A stretch of 64,000 nucleotides of DNA, taken from NCBI RefSeq assembly GCF_001194135.2, contig NC_068990.1, positions 89,892,438 to 89,956,437 of the forward strand, given 5' to 3'. Shown here one piece after another: positions 36,770-49,250 of the stretch. Origin of the DNA: Octopus bimaculoides. Taxonomy: Eukaryota. Every line of letters starts with the position of its first letter. The first letter of the stretch is position 1. Below the pieces are notes generated by a model that saw only the letters and a list, made by a program, of their open reading frames with translations, made no database searches and was not told the origin of the DNA. Both the position numbers and the translations under genes were made by a program.

Positions 36770-37060
36770 CATCAATATTGCACAAATGATGTTGGCATCA
36801 ATTTTAAAATCCACCCAAGACTTGGCCCCCGTGCTATCCACCCACTACAAAAATCGAACTCAGGACACATAACGATATTACGAAACAACTACTTTACTTC
36901 AACTGGTCCAGCTCTTTTTAATATCATACCAAAATACATCAAAACGGAAACGGATCTCATAAAATTCAAAAGTTCTCTGGACAATTTTCTCCTAAGAAAT
37001 CGTAGACCAACCTCCTACACTCGGATATGTCTCCAACAATAATAACTTTGCTAGAGTGGG
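36770..37060 (+). mobile_element. LINE (CR1/L2/Jockey-like) ORF2 C-terminal remnant
   Basis: YFTSTGPALFNIIPKYIKTETDLIKFKSSLDNFL...DQPPTLGY motif. Confidence 0.65.
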
Positions 37061-39191
37061 CCATGGTGTCCCATATAGGACTGAGGTGTGAATCACAATC
37101 TAAAAGACTACACCAGGTGGTGCTATTAAATTAGACATAACCTGGGTCTATACTAACCAAAACCTAAGTATCTGAGAATGCAGTAATTCACCTGGTGTGT
37201 TAAAGATTCTGCCAGTTTGCTGCCTTAGTTTTAACTTCAACATTATCCACTTCAAGGTGGTGAGCTGGCAGAAACATTAGCACACCAGGCGAAATGCTTA
37301 GTGGTATTTCGTCTGTCTTTACGTTCCGAGTTCAAATTCTGCCAAGGTCGAAAAATTAAGTACCAGTTACATACTGGTCAGTCTAATCGACTGGCCACCT
37401 CCCCCAAAATTTCAGGCCTTAATTCTTTCTACAATAAAATCAATAAATAATACAAACACCCCACCTCCACCCTACGACAAGAAGTGAAATTAAAGTGTTT
37501 TCTCTACCAATGTTTTATGACAAACATAACCCAACATGTTGTGGTCAGGGTCTTTTGGAATTAAGAGAAGTATGTAAAAATTAGATTTTTTGCACACACA
37601 CACAACAAAATATTAATTTTTTTTCTTTTGGTAATTTGTATTTAGAAAGTTGATCCTCGGTTTGGCTGTTGTTTCTAGCTTGTCAGGTTTCAGGTTGGGG
37701 CGGATTTAAATTTTGAAATTTTTTCTTTGGTAATTCGTATTAAAAATTTGAGAACGTGTTTCTAGCATATCAGGTTTTCTGTTTAGATACTTTTTGCATC
37801 TGCTATTTTATAATTCTATGCATGCGTGAAACATTAGTAGCGAAAACACTTTAATTTCACTTCTTGTCATAGGGCAGAGGGGAGGGGGTGTTCATTTTTA
37901 TTTATTTTCCAACCCATGCTAGCATGGAAAGCGGACGTTAAACGATGATGATGATGATTTATTTTTTTAAATTGAAATTTTATAGAATTTTTTTTTTTTT
38001 TCAGAATCACAATCTCCGTATTTTTCTGCGTATTTCGCAAATTAAACAACTTTTTTTTAAAGTGAAAATTTAAGAAATTTAGTGGGTGGGGGAATTAAAA
38101 TTTTGAAATGCAGATTTTTTTTTTTTTTTTTTGCGAATTCGGAATCTCCGCACTCGATATAGTGGGTTCCTGTAAAAAAGAAAAAAAAATCCCAAAGTGG
38201 GTGTGATCCATTGTCTTTACCTCCGCCAAAATACGTACACAACCCGATTTCGGCGTAACAAAAACCCTAACCCTAACCCTTAACCCTAAACCGACAACAC
38301 CGGGTGCACGTCTTCTTTACTTTCGTCTCCTAACCCTTACCGGGTGTGCGTATTCTTTACCTTCGCCGAAAGCCTTGTTTAAGATTCTACACTTTAGTCT
38401 CCATAATACTAACGATGTCAGACAAGCTGATGTGTTGATATACAGCAGAGCAGTGAATCGTTTAAGGTTTAACTCTTCAATATTCACAATGTCTCAATTG
38501 ACACTCGACACGTTGACGCATTTATGCAAAATAGATGGAAGCTAAGGTGTAGGCGAGGGAAATAACTCTTGTCTGCATAACTTGAAAGGGTGAATTACAG
38601 CCTCAATGCTGCTGTGATTATGTCATCTTAATACGACATTGAACGTGTCTGCTAATCCTTGCAATTAAGATCTGATATTATTATTATCAGGGTGGCGGCG
38701 GTGGTGGTGGAGATGAACATGTTACTGTAGTGGTGTTGTTGTAATTAGGATGATGCAGGTGACTTTGACAATGTAGAAAGCTTACTACGAGAGGAATAAA
38801 TAGGTGTATTAATGTATTTTGTTTTCACCTCACTTTCTCTCTTCCAAGGTCATGCGGTAGAGCTTGTGTCGTTGAAAAACTTGCTTCACAACAACGTTTT
38901 CGAGTCCAGTCCCATGTGTATGTGTGCGTGCGTGCATGTATGTATGAAGATATGTGCGTGTGTATATACATATGTAGAGGAACGTAAAAATCACCCACTA
39001 CACTCTCAGAGTGGTTGGCGTTAGGAAGGGCATCCAGTCGTAGAAACTTTGCCAGATCAGATTGGAGCCTGGTGCAGCCTTTCTGGATTGCCAGCCCTCA
39101 GTCAAACCATCCAACCCATGCCAACATGGAAAGCGGACGTTAAACGACGACTACGACGATGATGATGCATAAGTGTGTGTGTGTGCGTGTA

Positions 39192-39250
<59 letters not shown>

Positions 39251-39914
39251 CATAAACATACATACAGGCACACATACCGTCATCATTTTAACATTGACGT
39301 TTTCATGTTTGCATTGGTCAGATGAATATATTAGAGCAGTTTTCTAGAGCCAGATGTCACACACAATGCTCCACCTATTTTCAAATGACATAATAATCTT
39401 CCAGTCTATCACACACGAACCAAACATGGTCTCAATGCCAGGACATTACTCCAGAATGTTATTTGATTTATAGATCTCATGACAAAAGGTACGGATTTGG
39501 CTGATTGCAGGAGTTATATCTTCATAGACTAACACACATTCACTGTTTGTTCTGGCTTATGAATAAGATTCAAACAACTCATGTAGAACATATCGTCAGT
39601 GAGGAGATACTAAATCCTAAGGGGGTAAAAAAAAAAAGAAAAAATACTGTACCAATTGAAGGTAAAGTACTAGTTCACAGACTCTCAGGTAATCTTGTCA
39701 CTCTTTAAGTGAAGAAAAGGAAATTGTACAAGAAGTTATCGAAAGCCACCTCTTCAAGAAACTCAGATCAAGGAGAAAGTACTTTACATACGAGAAGAAA
39801 GTGAGATAATGGAGACATCACCACATCTCCCAACATGCAATGAGAAAAGCTGTTATTGGCAACCAGTGGGCAGTGCCTTGGACAGTCTCCAGTTCTACAT
39901 CTGTTGATATACTT

Positions 39915-40118
39915 CTTCATTGCCCACAGGGGGTTAAACACAGAGGGATTAAGTCGATTACATCGACCCCAGTGCATAACTGGTACTTATTTAAACAACC
40001 CTGAAAGGATGAAAGGCAAAGTTGACCTCAGCGGAATTTGAACTCAGAACGTAATGGCAGACGAAATACCGCTAAGCATTTCGCCTGGCGTGCTAATGAG
40101 TCTGTCAGCTCGTCACCT
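39915..40118 (-). mobile_element. SINE (same family as 8610-8801)
   Basis: Sequence similarity within the window. Confidence 0.75.
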
Positions 40119-41410
40119 TAATTTTGTTGATATACTTCTGGACATATTTTATAGATTTGACTGAGCACATTGATGGGTGCTTCAATCAAAGAAGTGACCA
40201 GGCTGCATTTGGCTGCAGTATAAGGGAACGAAACCTGATGAGATATCAGCATTTAAGAGAAGTCATTACATCAGCAGCAAAGAGGCTGTGTGGTGTATTT
40301 TAACTCCCCCCCCCCTGATGAGTGCCTCATCCTAGTGTTGTACACCTAGATCTTTATTGTTATTTGGAGAATAGGGAAATAGTTTACAAACTTCAGCCCT
40401 TCAATCCCCATGGAATACGGGCCATTGATGATTTTTCTCCAGTGTTCTTGACTCTTGGCTGTCTCCTGGTGGTCAGGAGAGTTGGCCTTGCAAATTCCTT
40501 TCAGAGTTTGCTGCACCATGTGAGGCCTTCCTTTCCCAGATATTGATTTGTCATCAGTGCTTCTATAACCTTGTTTTTTTCTAGATAAAGTTGTTGGCTC
40601 TATGCAAACCCATATTGACCACTAGGAAGATGTAATCCATATTAACCTGACCTCTATCCCGTAACCTGTCCAGCATTGGAGGCCCTAGCAGTGTTCAGTG
40701 AACAAATTGAACACACTACCCAGCAGTGGCTAAAACATGAACTGATCAAGTTTATGTATAAATTTTCTTTTTATAAGTTTGTTTCCTTTTACACAATATT
40801 AAAACAACAGCTAAAAATTTTCTGAAGCAGCACCCCCACTAATCTTATTTAATGAGCTGACACTGGTATATATGTATATATATATNNNNNNNNNNNNNNN
40901 NNNNNNNNNNNNNNNNNNNNNNNNNNNNNNNNNNNNNNNNNNNNNNNNNNNNNNNNNNNNNNNNNNNNATTATACATGTAATTTGCTGTACAAGCCGAGA
41001 CTTGTGTGAATTTTTGTCTTGAAGTACAAGTGGAAATCTGCAGTACAAGCACACCTCCCCAAAAATTTCGGGTCTTGTGCTTAGAGTAGAAAAGCATAGT
41101 TTATCAAATGCTCAACTCATTCTGCTGTATCAACCCCAGAAGGATGAAAGTCAATAGGATTTGAATTCAAAATGTAAAGTGAATAATTTCTTAAACAGAT
41201 AGCAGGACCCAAATTTGTAGGACATGGTAGATGGGTGAATGGGGGGGGGGGTCGCGATGGTTCATCATAATGACCCCCGGTTCTTGATTGGTTCTTTTTT
41301 TATCTAGTCCACATGGAGTCGCTCATGTTGACAGAATCTTAACTCAAATATGAAGAGATGTAACTAAATATTTTAAAGAAATAAAATGCCACAAATTTAA
41401 AGACTGCTAT

Positions 41411-41507
41411 TGGGGGTATAGGTGATGATATAGACTGGGGGTAAGGGTAATGATATAGACTGGGGGTTAAGGTGATGATATGGACTGGGGGTAAGGGTGA
41501 TGATATA
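41411..41507 (+). repeat. 25-bp G-rich minisatellite, about 4 copies
   Basis: Units TGGGGGTAAGGGTGATGATATAGAC start at 41411, 41436, 41461 and 41486. Confidence 0.85.
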
Positions 41508-41949
41508 ACCCCACCTCCCAGTAATGAACTGGTGTATTATTTTTACCGAGAAAATCGGTGCAGCAACAAACACAATTCTTTTGATATTTAGTTTCATCTC
41601 AGTAAGTTCTGAAACTAATGTCATTGGTTACAACTTTTTAACTGGTCAGTCCTTGGTTCATCACATTTCTGACTAATGACGATGGAACATCAGTAATTTG
41701 GTAGGCTTGCCTGCAAGACTATCAGATTTCCACCAATTTGTATTTATACATGACAATCTACTGCAGAGTTTACAAGGTGCAAGTCAATCCTATGGAATCT
41801 ATGGGAAAAGATACTTGCCTAAGACACTGACGGTGGGAAATAACTCAGAACAGGGTGATTACGAAGCGAACTTGATATCAGAATAAATATGGGTGCAGAC
41901 ATGATCCCTGTCTATACCCATTAAAAACAACTGTGACTTTCTACATATT

Positions 41950-42164
41950 GGTACTACTAAAGCAGCACAGTCCCGAACGCGCAGTCGCGCGTCCGCGCTA
42001 GCTAGTCGTGAGTGGTCGATCCTAGCCCTGACCCTGTCCCTGTCCCTGTCCCTAACCCTATCCCTAACCCGCGTGTGTAAATGACTACATGTTTAGGGTT
42101 AGGGTTAGGATCGACCACTCTCGACTAGCTAGCGCGTTCGGGACAGTGCTGCTTTAGTAGTACC
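41950..42164. mobile_element. 215-bp MITE with long TIRs, 9-bp TSD and telomere-like internal repeats
   Basis: TSD CTACATATT at 41941-41949 and 42165-42173. Termini GGTACTACTAAAGCAGCAC / GTGCTGCTTTAGTAGTACC. Confidence 0.9.
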
Positions 42165-42417
42165 CTACATATTTTAGAAACCATCATTTTTGAATTATGT
42201 ATACGGAGATTTAAAGAGGATAATCTTTGGATGAAAATATATGAGTGTGTATAACTGAGACGAGCGACTTGTCATCTACACAGGAGGGAGGGGGGGACAT
42301 GTTTATAGTGTATACACAGAGAGACAGACAGACTGACAAAGAGGTTAATGGTCATTTAATCGTAGACCGTTCGGTAGCCTTTTGTTACTGTAGAGACTCA
42401 GGAGAGGACGGACTCAC

Positions 42418-42482
42418 AAACGTTCCAGTAGGACCCCCCGGGATTTTTCTTGGTTTTTTTTTTTTGGTTTTTTTAAAGACAT
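42418..42482 (-). other. Candidate first exon / short ORF MSLKKPKKKNQEKSRGVLLER
   Basis: ATG-open 21 codons ending at a GTGAGT donor, phase 2, in CpG-containing sequence. Confidence 0.35.
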
Positions 42483-43982
42483 TGTATATCTTAGACTACG
42501 TAATCTAATGGGTTCACCTTTTTTTTTAACGATAGTAAGGGAAATTTGGCAGCTGTTTCAAGCGACCACGTAGAACTTCCCAGAGTTGACTTGTGAAGTA
42601 AAGAATGTGAGACGAGCGAAAGATTCCAGTTCAAATAAGTACACTTGCAGACATACAACTGTGTAGAAAGAAAACAGCGACAGTTCAAAAGCAGAGTTAT
42701 AAATTAGAATACATTGAAATTATTACAACTTCGGTGTCCCTATTCGTTTACGTTTGGTATCAAAAACTTAGGAATCATTAAACATGATGAAGAACAAAAA
42801 CAAAAAGAAAGGAAGAAAAAGAATACGATAATTTACTTACTGGAATAGAACAAGGGAACGTAAAATATTTAGATATCGAATCAAGATGTGGTCGGTACAC
42901 ATAAACACATATACATATACATATATATATGTATAGCAAATCAAAAGAACATCGCTGCTTTCCAAACTCTTTTACAACTTCAACTTGCAGTTTTTTGCTT
43001 TCTTTTTTCCCTCTTAACATAAAACGCTCGCTCTATTTATTCCTCCGTTCTCTTTTCCTTGTTTCTCTGTTCCATTTCTTTTACACTCTTCATATCCAGT
43101 TACTGTTTATGTTTTGTTTTGCTTTTTTTGTATTATTATTTTTACTATCCCTTATGTTTATACATTAGTGCACCGCTTTCGTTTGATAACTTAGACGCTC
43201 CGTCTGTTCAACCTCTGTCTATGTATATATGTGAGTGGCATATATATATACACATGTATATATATATATATATACACAAAGACACACACACACACGCTAA
43301 CGTAGGGAGTGAGGGTGCGATGTGGTGTTACTTATTAGTATTTGTTTATGATGATCGCAATGAAAACAGTGGCGAATGTACTGATGATGCGGTGGGTAGT
43401 TATAAGAATCCTTAAACTCCGCAGGTAACGAGTGTGGAACCGTAAATCTTTACAATATCATGCTCCACAGACTGCTGTATACATCTACTAACTTGTGTAA
43501 TACGGGGAATCAGGCATGACTATGAAATATACATAGTAACATTAGGCTATTGAGAGTTACTCCCCCTGCTCATAATAAACATTACTACTAGCGCCATCTC
43601 TTCGCTTAAACTATGACAAAAGTTTTTTTTAATTACGTTTAGTAATCGAAGAGAGAAAGTTGTAGAGTGCAGCGTCACAGCTGGCTAGCTTGATAGGGAG
43701 TGGTCTGAGGTAATTGCTAACCAAACTGTCAACTTTCTACGTATTCTCTGGCTGTGACCAACCGATATTGCGCTGTGTCCATGATTGTTTGGCTTTGAAG
43801 TTTGCTTCCCAACCATATGGTTTCCGATTCAGTCACAATGCGTGGCACTTTGTGCAAGTGTCTTCTGCTACAGCGCCAAGGACGTCGTAGACACAAATTG
43901 ACAGAAGTTCGTCGTGTTTATAGTAAAACAAATCCAGAGAAGAAGCACGCTCTAAGATGTAGAGCAGTTAATATTATAATGA

Positions 43983-44167
43983 GGGAGGCCAGTTTATGGG
44001 GTTACCCTGGGTTTTTCGTCCATAAGGGTTTTGGTCAGACCCCAAGACCTCTTCAAAATATTTTAAAGAGTTCTTAGGCCAACAGGTTTGAGATCCGACA
44101 ATACACCGTAAGACCAAACCCCTTATAGATGGGAAACTCAGGATAACCCCATAAACCGGCCTTCCCC
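43983..44167. mobile_element. MITE with about 55-bp imperfect TIRs
   Basis: GGGAGGCCAGTTTATGGGGTTACCCTGGG... pairs with ...CTCAGGATAACCCCATAAACCGGCCTTCCC (roughly 80% complementary). Confidence 0.7.
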
Positions 44168-44249
44168 ATTTTTAATGTGTGTGTGTGTGTGCGTGTGTGC
44201 AAAAAAAATCCACAAATACACACACACATACATATATATAATGTGACAA

Positions 44250-44332
<83 letters not shown>

Positions 44333-45589
44333 ATGTATATATATATTGATATTGATATACAAAATCAAATGCGCACACACAAAGTTGCTTCCTCCCCTAC
44401 CATTTGGCAACTGGTTTTATCTTGTTTATATCCCCGTAACTCAACGGTTCGGTAAACGGAACCGATTGAATAAGATCTAAAAAAAAGTAAGTGTTGAAGG
44501 TCTATTTGTGCGAGTAAATCCCAAGGTGATACCCCAGCATGGCCGCAATCCAATAACTAAAACAAGTAAAGAGCAAAAGAATTAAACTGAAATGCGCAAG
44601 CTATCCCAGCAGTTAAAAGATGCAAAGTACGGAGGTTGATTGGAAAATATTCAAATATAGACGTGGATTTTCATACGTTATTTTTAGTAAATTTTGCAAC
44701 ACGTCATTGCAATCTGGGAAACTTAATCTTCACAGAAATAACTGAAGGAGAAACTATATTTTCTCATAAAAATATAGCTTCTATCGTTTCCATTGCATTA
44801 TTTTCACAAAATTTAAATAACCATGATCCTAACAAGCTAAGGCTTCTGTTCCTACATTTGGGTCTCACAAATTAGATATTACACATTTGATAATGTATGG
44901 GTGACCTTTTTCAAAAAGCGGACTGCATGAGACAAAATAAATTTCCTTAAGTGCGCCATTCAGAGCGTCCTGCTGGCCCCTGTTTGCCCATGGTTGCTGT
45001 AAGGGTTACAAGAAATTCACTCGGAACCATTCAATACGCCAGACACCTGTCTTTACTATTTCAGAAAACCGAGGTAAACGTTATCGCCCCAGTTTTCTCT
45101 ATCACCATCGCTAACGGCCCCTTATCGTATTATCAACAACGGATCCTTCTTCTATTGTGCCACCCTTTATTTCATTTTCTGGTAACGGTTCAGTTTTATT
45201 GATTTCACTTTTTTGTATTCAGATTTCTAATAAAATATTTTGCCTGTGTTTCAATGAAGAAAATATTTAAGATTTTGGTCGAGTTAATAAACTAATTAAC
45301 TTTTGCAATTTTCAGGTTTGTTGTTGCTGTTTAGCCTAAGGTCATATCTAATCCAGTAGTCCCACGATGAAAGATGTTCTAATTTTTTTCATTTTTTACT
45401 TTTTATTTCATTTAGTTTTATTTTCACACATCAAGTCTATTAACCTGGAATTTGAAATAGAAGTTCACAAGAGATCCTTATACAAAAACATTAAGGATTT
45501 TAAATATAAATCTTTTAAAGCGCAGTGTTGAGTATCGGAGTTTCAAATGCATTGGTATGAAAGTTGTTAAAATTAGAAACCACGTCGAT

Positions 45590-45949
45590 AAAAAAAAGTT
45601 AAAAATATATAAGATAAATGAAACCAATAAACTGTCTACAGTCTGTCTACCCTATGTGAAAGGCCTCTCCGAAAAGATACAAAAGATATGCGGCCCATAT
45701 GACATCAGAGCAGTATTCAAGAGCAATACAACACTTCGCAAATATCTCCTTCGGGTAAAACCACCAACAGAAGAGAATATGACCAAAAACTGCGTGTACT
45801 CCATCCCATGCAGCTGTGGTAGGTTATACAAAGGCGAAGCATGTCGCCCCCTCAAAATAAGGGTAGAAGAACATCGCAAAGCTGTGACACGAGGAGATAT
45901 TGATAAATCGGGTATAGCTGATCAGGTATGGAAAAATGGAAACCACCTC
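45590..45949 (+). mobile_element. Penelope-like element, RT-thumb/GIY-YIG endonuclease fragment
   Basis: LPYVKGLSEKI...VFKSNTTLR...NCVYSIPCSCGRLYKGE..RPLKIRVEEH...SGIA: GIY-YIG-type VY.IPC.CG..Y.GE motif. Runs into an N gap. Confidence 0.9.
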
Positions 45950-46169
45950 NNNNNNNNNNNNNNNNNNNNNNNNNNNNNNNNNNNNNNNNNNNNNNNNNNN
46001 NNNNNNNNNNNNNNNNNNNNNNNNNNNNNNNNNNNNNNNNNNNNNNNNNNNNNNNNNNNNNNNNNNNNNNNNNNNNNNNNNNNNNNNNNNNNNNNNNNNN
46101 NNNNNNNNNNNNNNNNNNNNNNNNNNNNNNNNNNNNNNNNNNNNNNNNNNNNNNNNNATTCACCCCATA

Positions 46170-46440
46170 TGGCGTAGTGGTTAAGAGCGCGGGCTACTAA
46201 CCCCAAGGTTCCGAGTTCGATTCACGGCAGCGACCTGATTAATAATAGTAATAATAATAATAATATAATAATAGTAACATCGTTAGGAATGAGAACCCAG
46301 GTTCGAAATTTCCGCAAGACACATGACGAAGGCTGGAGGGTATATCAGCCGAAACGTTGTGTTAACAACAAAAAAGATGAGGACAAATATCCGTCAAATG
46401 TAAATAATGTAAATAATTCCTCATCTCTTAAATATAGAAC
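46170..46440 (+). mobile_element. tRNA-like SINE head + (AAT)n + Penelope-like tail with hammerhead-like motif (46318-46363)
   Basis: Head GGCGTAGTGGTTAAGAGCGCGGGCTACTAACCCC...GAGTTCGATTC has A/B boxes and recurs at about 55608-55680. Tail GACAC-ATGACGA-AGGCTG...CAGCC-GAAACGTT-GTGTT. Confidence 0.7.
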
Positions 46441-47169
46441 TGTATAAGATAAAAGAAATTTGAAATAACCTACATATTGTCGACCTAGTTTAAGAAAACC
46501 TGTTGATAAGGTTATAGATTAGAAAACTAAAGTGCAGAAAATATCAAAATATTAGGATGATATTTAATGTATCGTCGGATATTTATCTCGGTAGAAGATA
46601 CATTTACAACTTAATCCCAACATATCTTAATCCCTTGAAAAAAAAACACATACATACATACATACATACGTACATACATACGTACATACATACATACATA
46701 CATACATACGTACATACATACACAGGAAAGCTATAGACATAGCAAAACAGGGTGGCAGCAACATTACTAAAAGAGAAGTAAATAATAAAGATCTTCGAGG
46801 TTTACGTGAACTGAGAAAATGGCAGGAAAGAAAACCCATCTGCTCTCCGAATAAGAAACTTAAAATAAATTCTGATATTGTATCGCTGGAATATTTTCAG
46901 TCCTGGCAGGTAGTCTCCCTGGTGCTGGTGAAATGGCAAAATGTAACAAGTCTAGGCTGTAAACTGGTTGGTGATATGAAGGGCACTCAGCCAATAAAAC
47001 CAAGCTAAAATCTTGAGTCACATATGACATGAAAAAAACAAACAAAAAAATTAGTTGCTGTGCTACACCGATACCCATAATGCCCAGTATTAACTAGGGA
47101 CAGATGTGGGTTGTCAGGGTTTCAACACAACTAATTAGATTGGAAGAAATACAGTTTAGAATTGTGCCG

Positions 47170-47500
47170 TGTTGGCGAATCAATGAGGTTCTATTTATAG
47201 TAAGACAGCTACATGAGTTCTTAGATAAGAGTAAACCACAATACCAAAACATTCATTAACCAAAAGAAAACCTTTGGCAGGGCACCACACTCTGTAGTCA
47301 GGTGGTCAAAAAAAAAATAACAGAAACACTTGAATGGCTTGTGGAAGCCTTGCAAGCCTTAAACAGAGATGCGTCCAGAAGAGGCTCTCTTGTTTATTAT
47401 AGTTATCTAGGTCATAATAGAAGAGGTTAGGAGCAGATATTCGTAGCAACACCTGTATTCTGAGTACCTGGTTCCCACAAGACATTTCAAACGTGTAAAA
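47170..47500 (+). mobile_element. Degraded RTE-type reverse transcriptase fragment
   Basis: FIVRQLHEFLDKSKP... EWLVEALQAL... LLFIIVI... pattern with indels. Confidence 0.6.
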
Positions 47501-48538
47501 GAGCCTAAAATTGAGAAGCTTCAAAATAAACCTAGTGATGACAAACATTCTCTTTTGAGAGGGTCTAACTGTCAATAAAGCACATGCACTGGTTATGTTT
47601 CACTTCAATCTATTATTAATCAATTAGGTAATCGATCAATTGATTAATCAAGTCAATCAAAGTCCTTTATTTACAGCCCGTGACCTTATCAATGATTGTG
47701 TTTCTCAAGCATTCTCATCGGCACAAACAGTAAACATACAGTAAGTGCTGAAGAAAAACATGTTCTTGAGGAACATATAGTCATTGGTAAGATCACAGAC
47801 TGTCACGAAAGGACATTGACAGATTAAATGATTAATCAATCGTTCAATCGATTATATACTCATTCCACTGGTAATAAAATGAGCGTTCACCATAATTGAC
47901 ATACTGGAAATTGTAATTGATATCAATAATTAAATTGTGTGGTGCACTGCAATATTGTGAATCGTTTCATTATGTAATCCACACCCTCGAAAACGTATTT
48001 CTGCAAAATGTCATGAAAAAAAATATGCGTTTTAAAGAGAATCATCAAGAAATAGAATCTAGTGACAGGAAAAAGGGATTCGAAAATTTTGTTTAAATAG
48101 TATTAACATAATCGTTCTCTTCGCCCTCAAAATCATATCTCTGCAATTTTTTTTATTAAGAAATATGCATTTTCCAGAAAGTTGTGAAAAAACTAAGCTT
48201 GGGCGGCGTGAGAGTACCAAACGATAAATATGCCAAAATGTGGCTGCTTGTTCTTATAGGTACCACCGCTAGACTAATCTAGGGCAGGCCCTGTGCATGT
48301 GAAACTTCCCTATGCGAACTGGAAAGTTCTGCACTCTACTCTACCACCGTTAAGCAGATTACTGCAACTTCGGCTACAATGACTAGATTTAGGATGAATT
48401 CTGGAGTGGTTTTCGTTGCCTTCTCCAGAACTAGTGGAATTTGAACTCGGAATAGAGAGAGCCGGAAGATTTGCAGTAAAATATCTCTGCGCACCAACGA
48501 TTCTGCCATTCTCCCACTTGCAGGGCAACGTGAAATAG

Positions 48539-48572
<34 letters not shown>

Positions 48573-48964
48573 CAAGAATACAACGGCTGCCTGGTGAAGG
48601 AACCCACGAGCTAGTGATCGTGAATGAAACACCCCTAACCACAAGGCCACGCGCCTTCACCATAGAGGGACTCCATTAACTAATACTGTAGCATTTCCAC
48701 TTGATTAACTTTACAAAATATATATCGTATTTGATGGCATATAAGATATACTCCTTTCCAAAAAAATGTGTACAAACAGAAACATCAACCCTAGTCCTAT
48801 ATCAGAATTTGGGCTTCCCATAAATTTGAATGCACGAAAACCTTTTCCTGAATATGTGCCGCTGAAATTCGTGTATTCGTGTGCATCTGATATGTCTGTG
48901 GGTCTTTTATGCCATCAAATACGGGTATACAGATGAATGAATGAATGAATCAATCAATGAATTT

Positions 48965-49030
48965 AACTGTGACGCATTTGTCAACAACCTGTGTCTGAAG
49001 CAGTGTGTTCCTCAAGTCAGTTACTTCCGT
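48965..49030 (+). promoter_or_regulatory. Candidate CCM2 proximal promoter (CRE-like TGACGCA, ETS-like ACTTCCG)
   Basis: Motifs lie about 200-250 bp upstream of the MEEDNSDKT exon. Position-based inference only. Confidence 0.3.
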
Positions 49031-49223
49031 CAATAGCTAAGCAAAGGGGAAGTAACTCGCAATTGTTTTACAACTTGGTTGAAAGTTTGGGAAAGTTTGG
49101 AAGTTGTTTTCGTTTGGAAGCGTTAAATAATCTGTGACGGCCAAGTTGGAGGAATTGTGCTGCAGTAGTAGTTGTATAGCAGAGTTTGATGATATCATTC
49201 CAAATTATGGCCTATATTATCTG

Positions 49224-49250
49224 ATGGAAGAAGACAATAGCGATAAAACG
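49224..49250 (+). CDS. CCM2: CCM2 exon 1 (MEEDNSDKT)
   Basis: Short phase-0 first exon resembling human MEEEGKKGKK. GTACAT donor. Confidence 0.7.

Noticed and set aside
46170-46235. tRNA gene
   Set aside because: Has A/B boxes but no complete cloverleaf acceptor stem, and recurs at about 55608 with a different tail. It is a SINE head.
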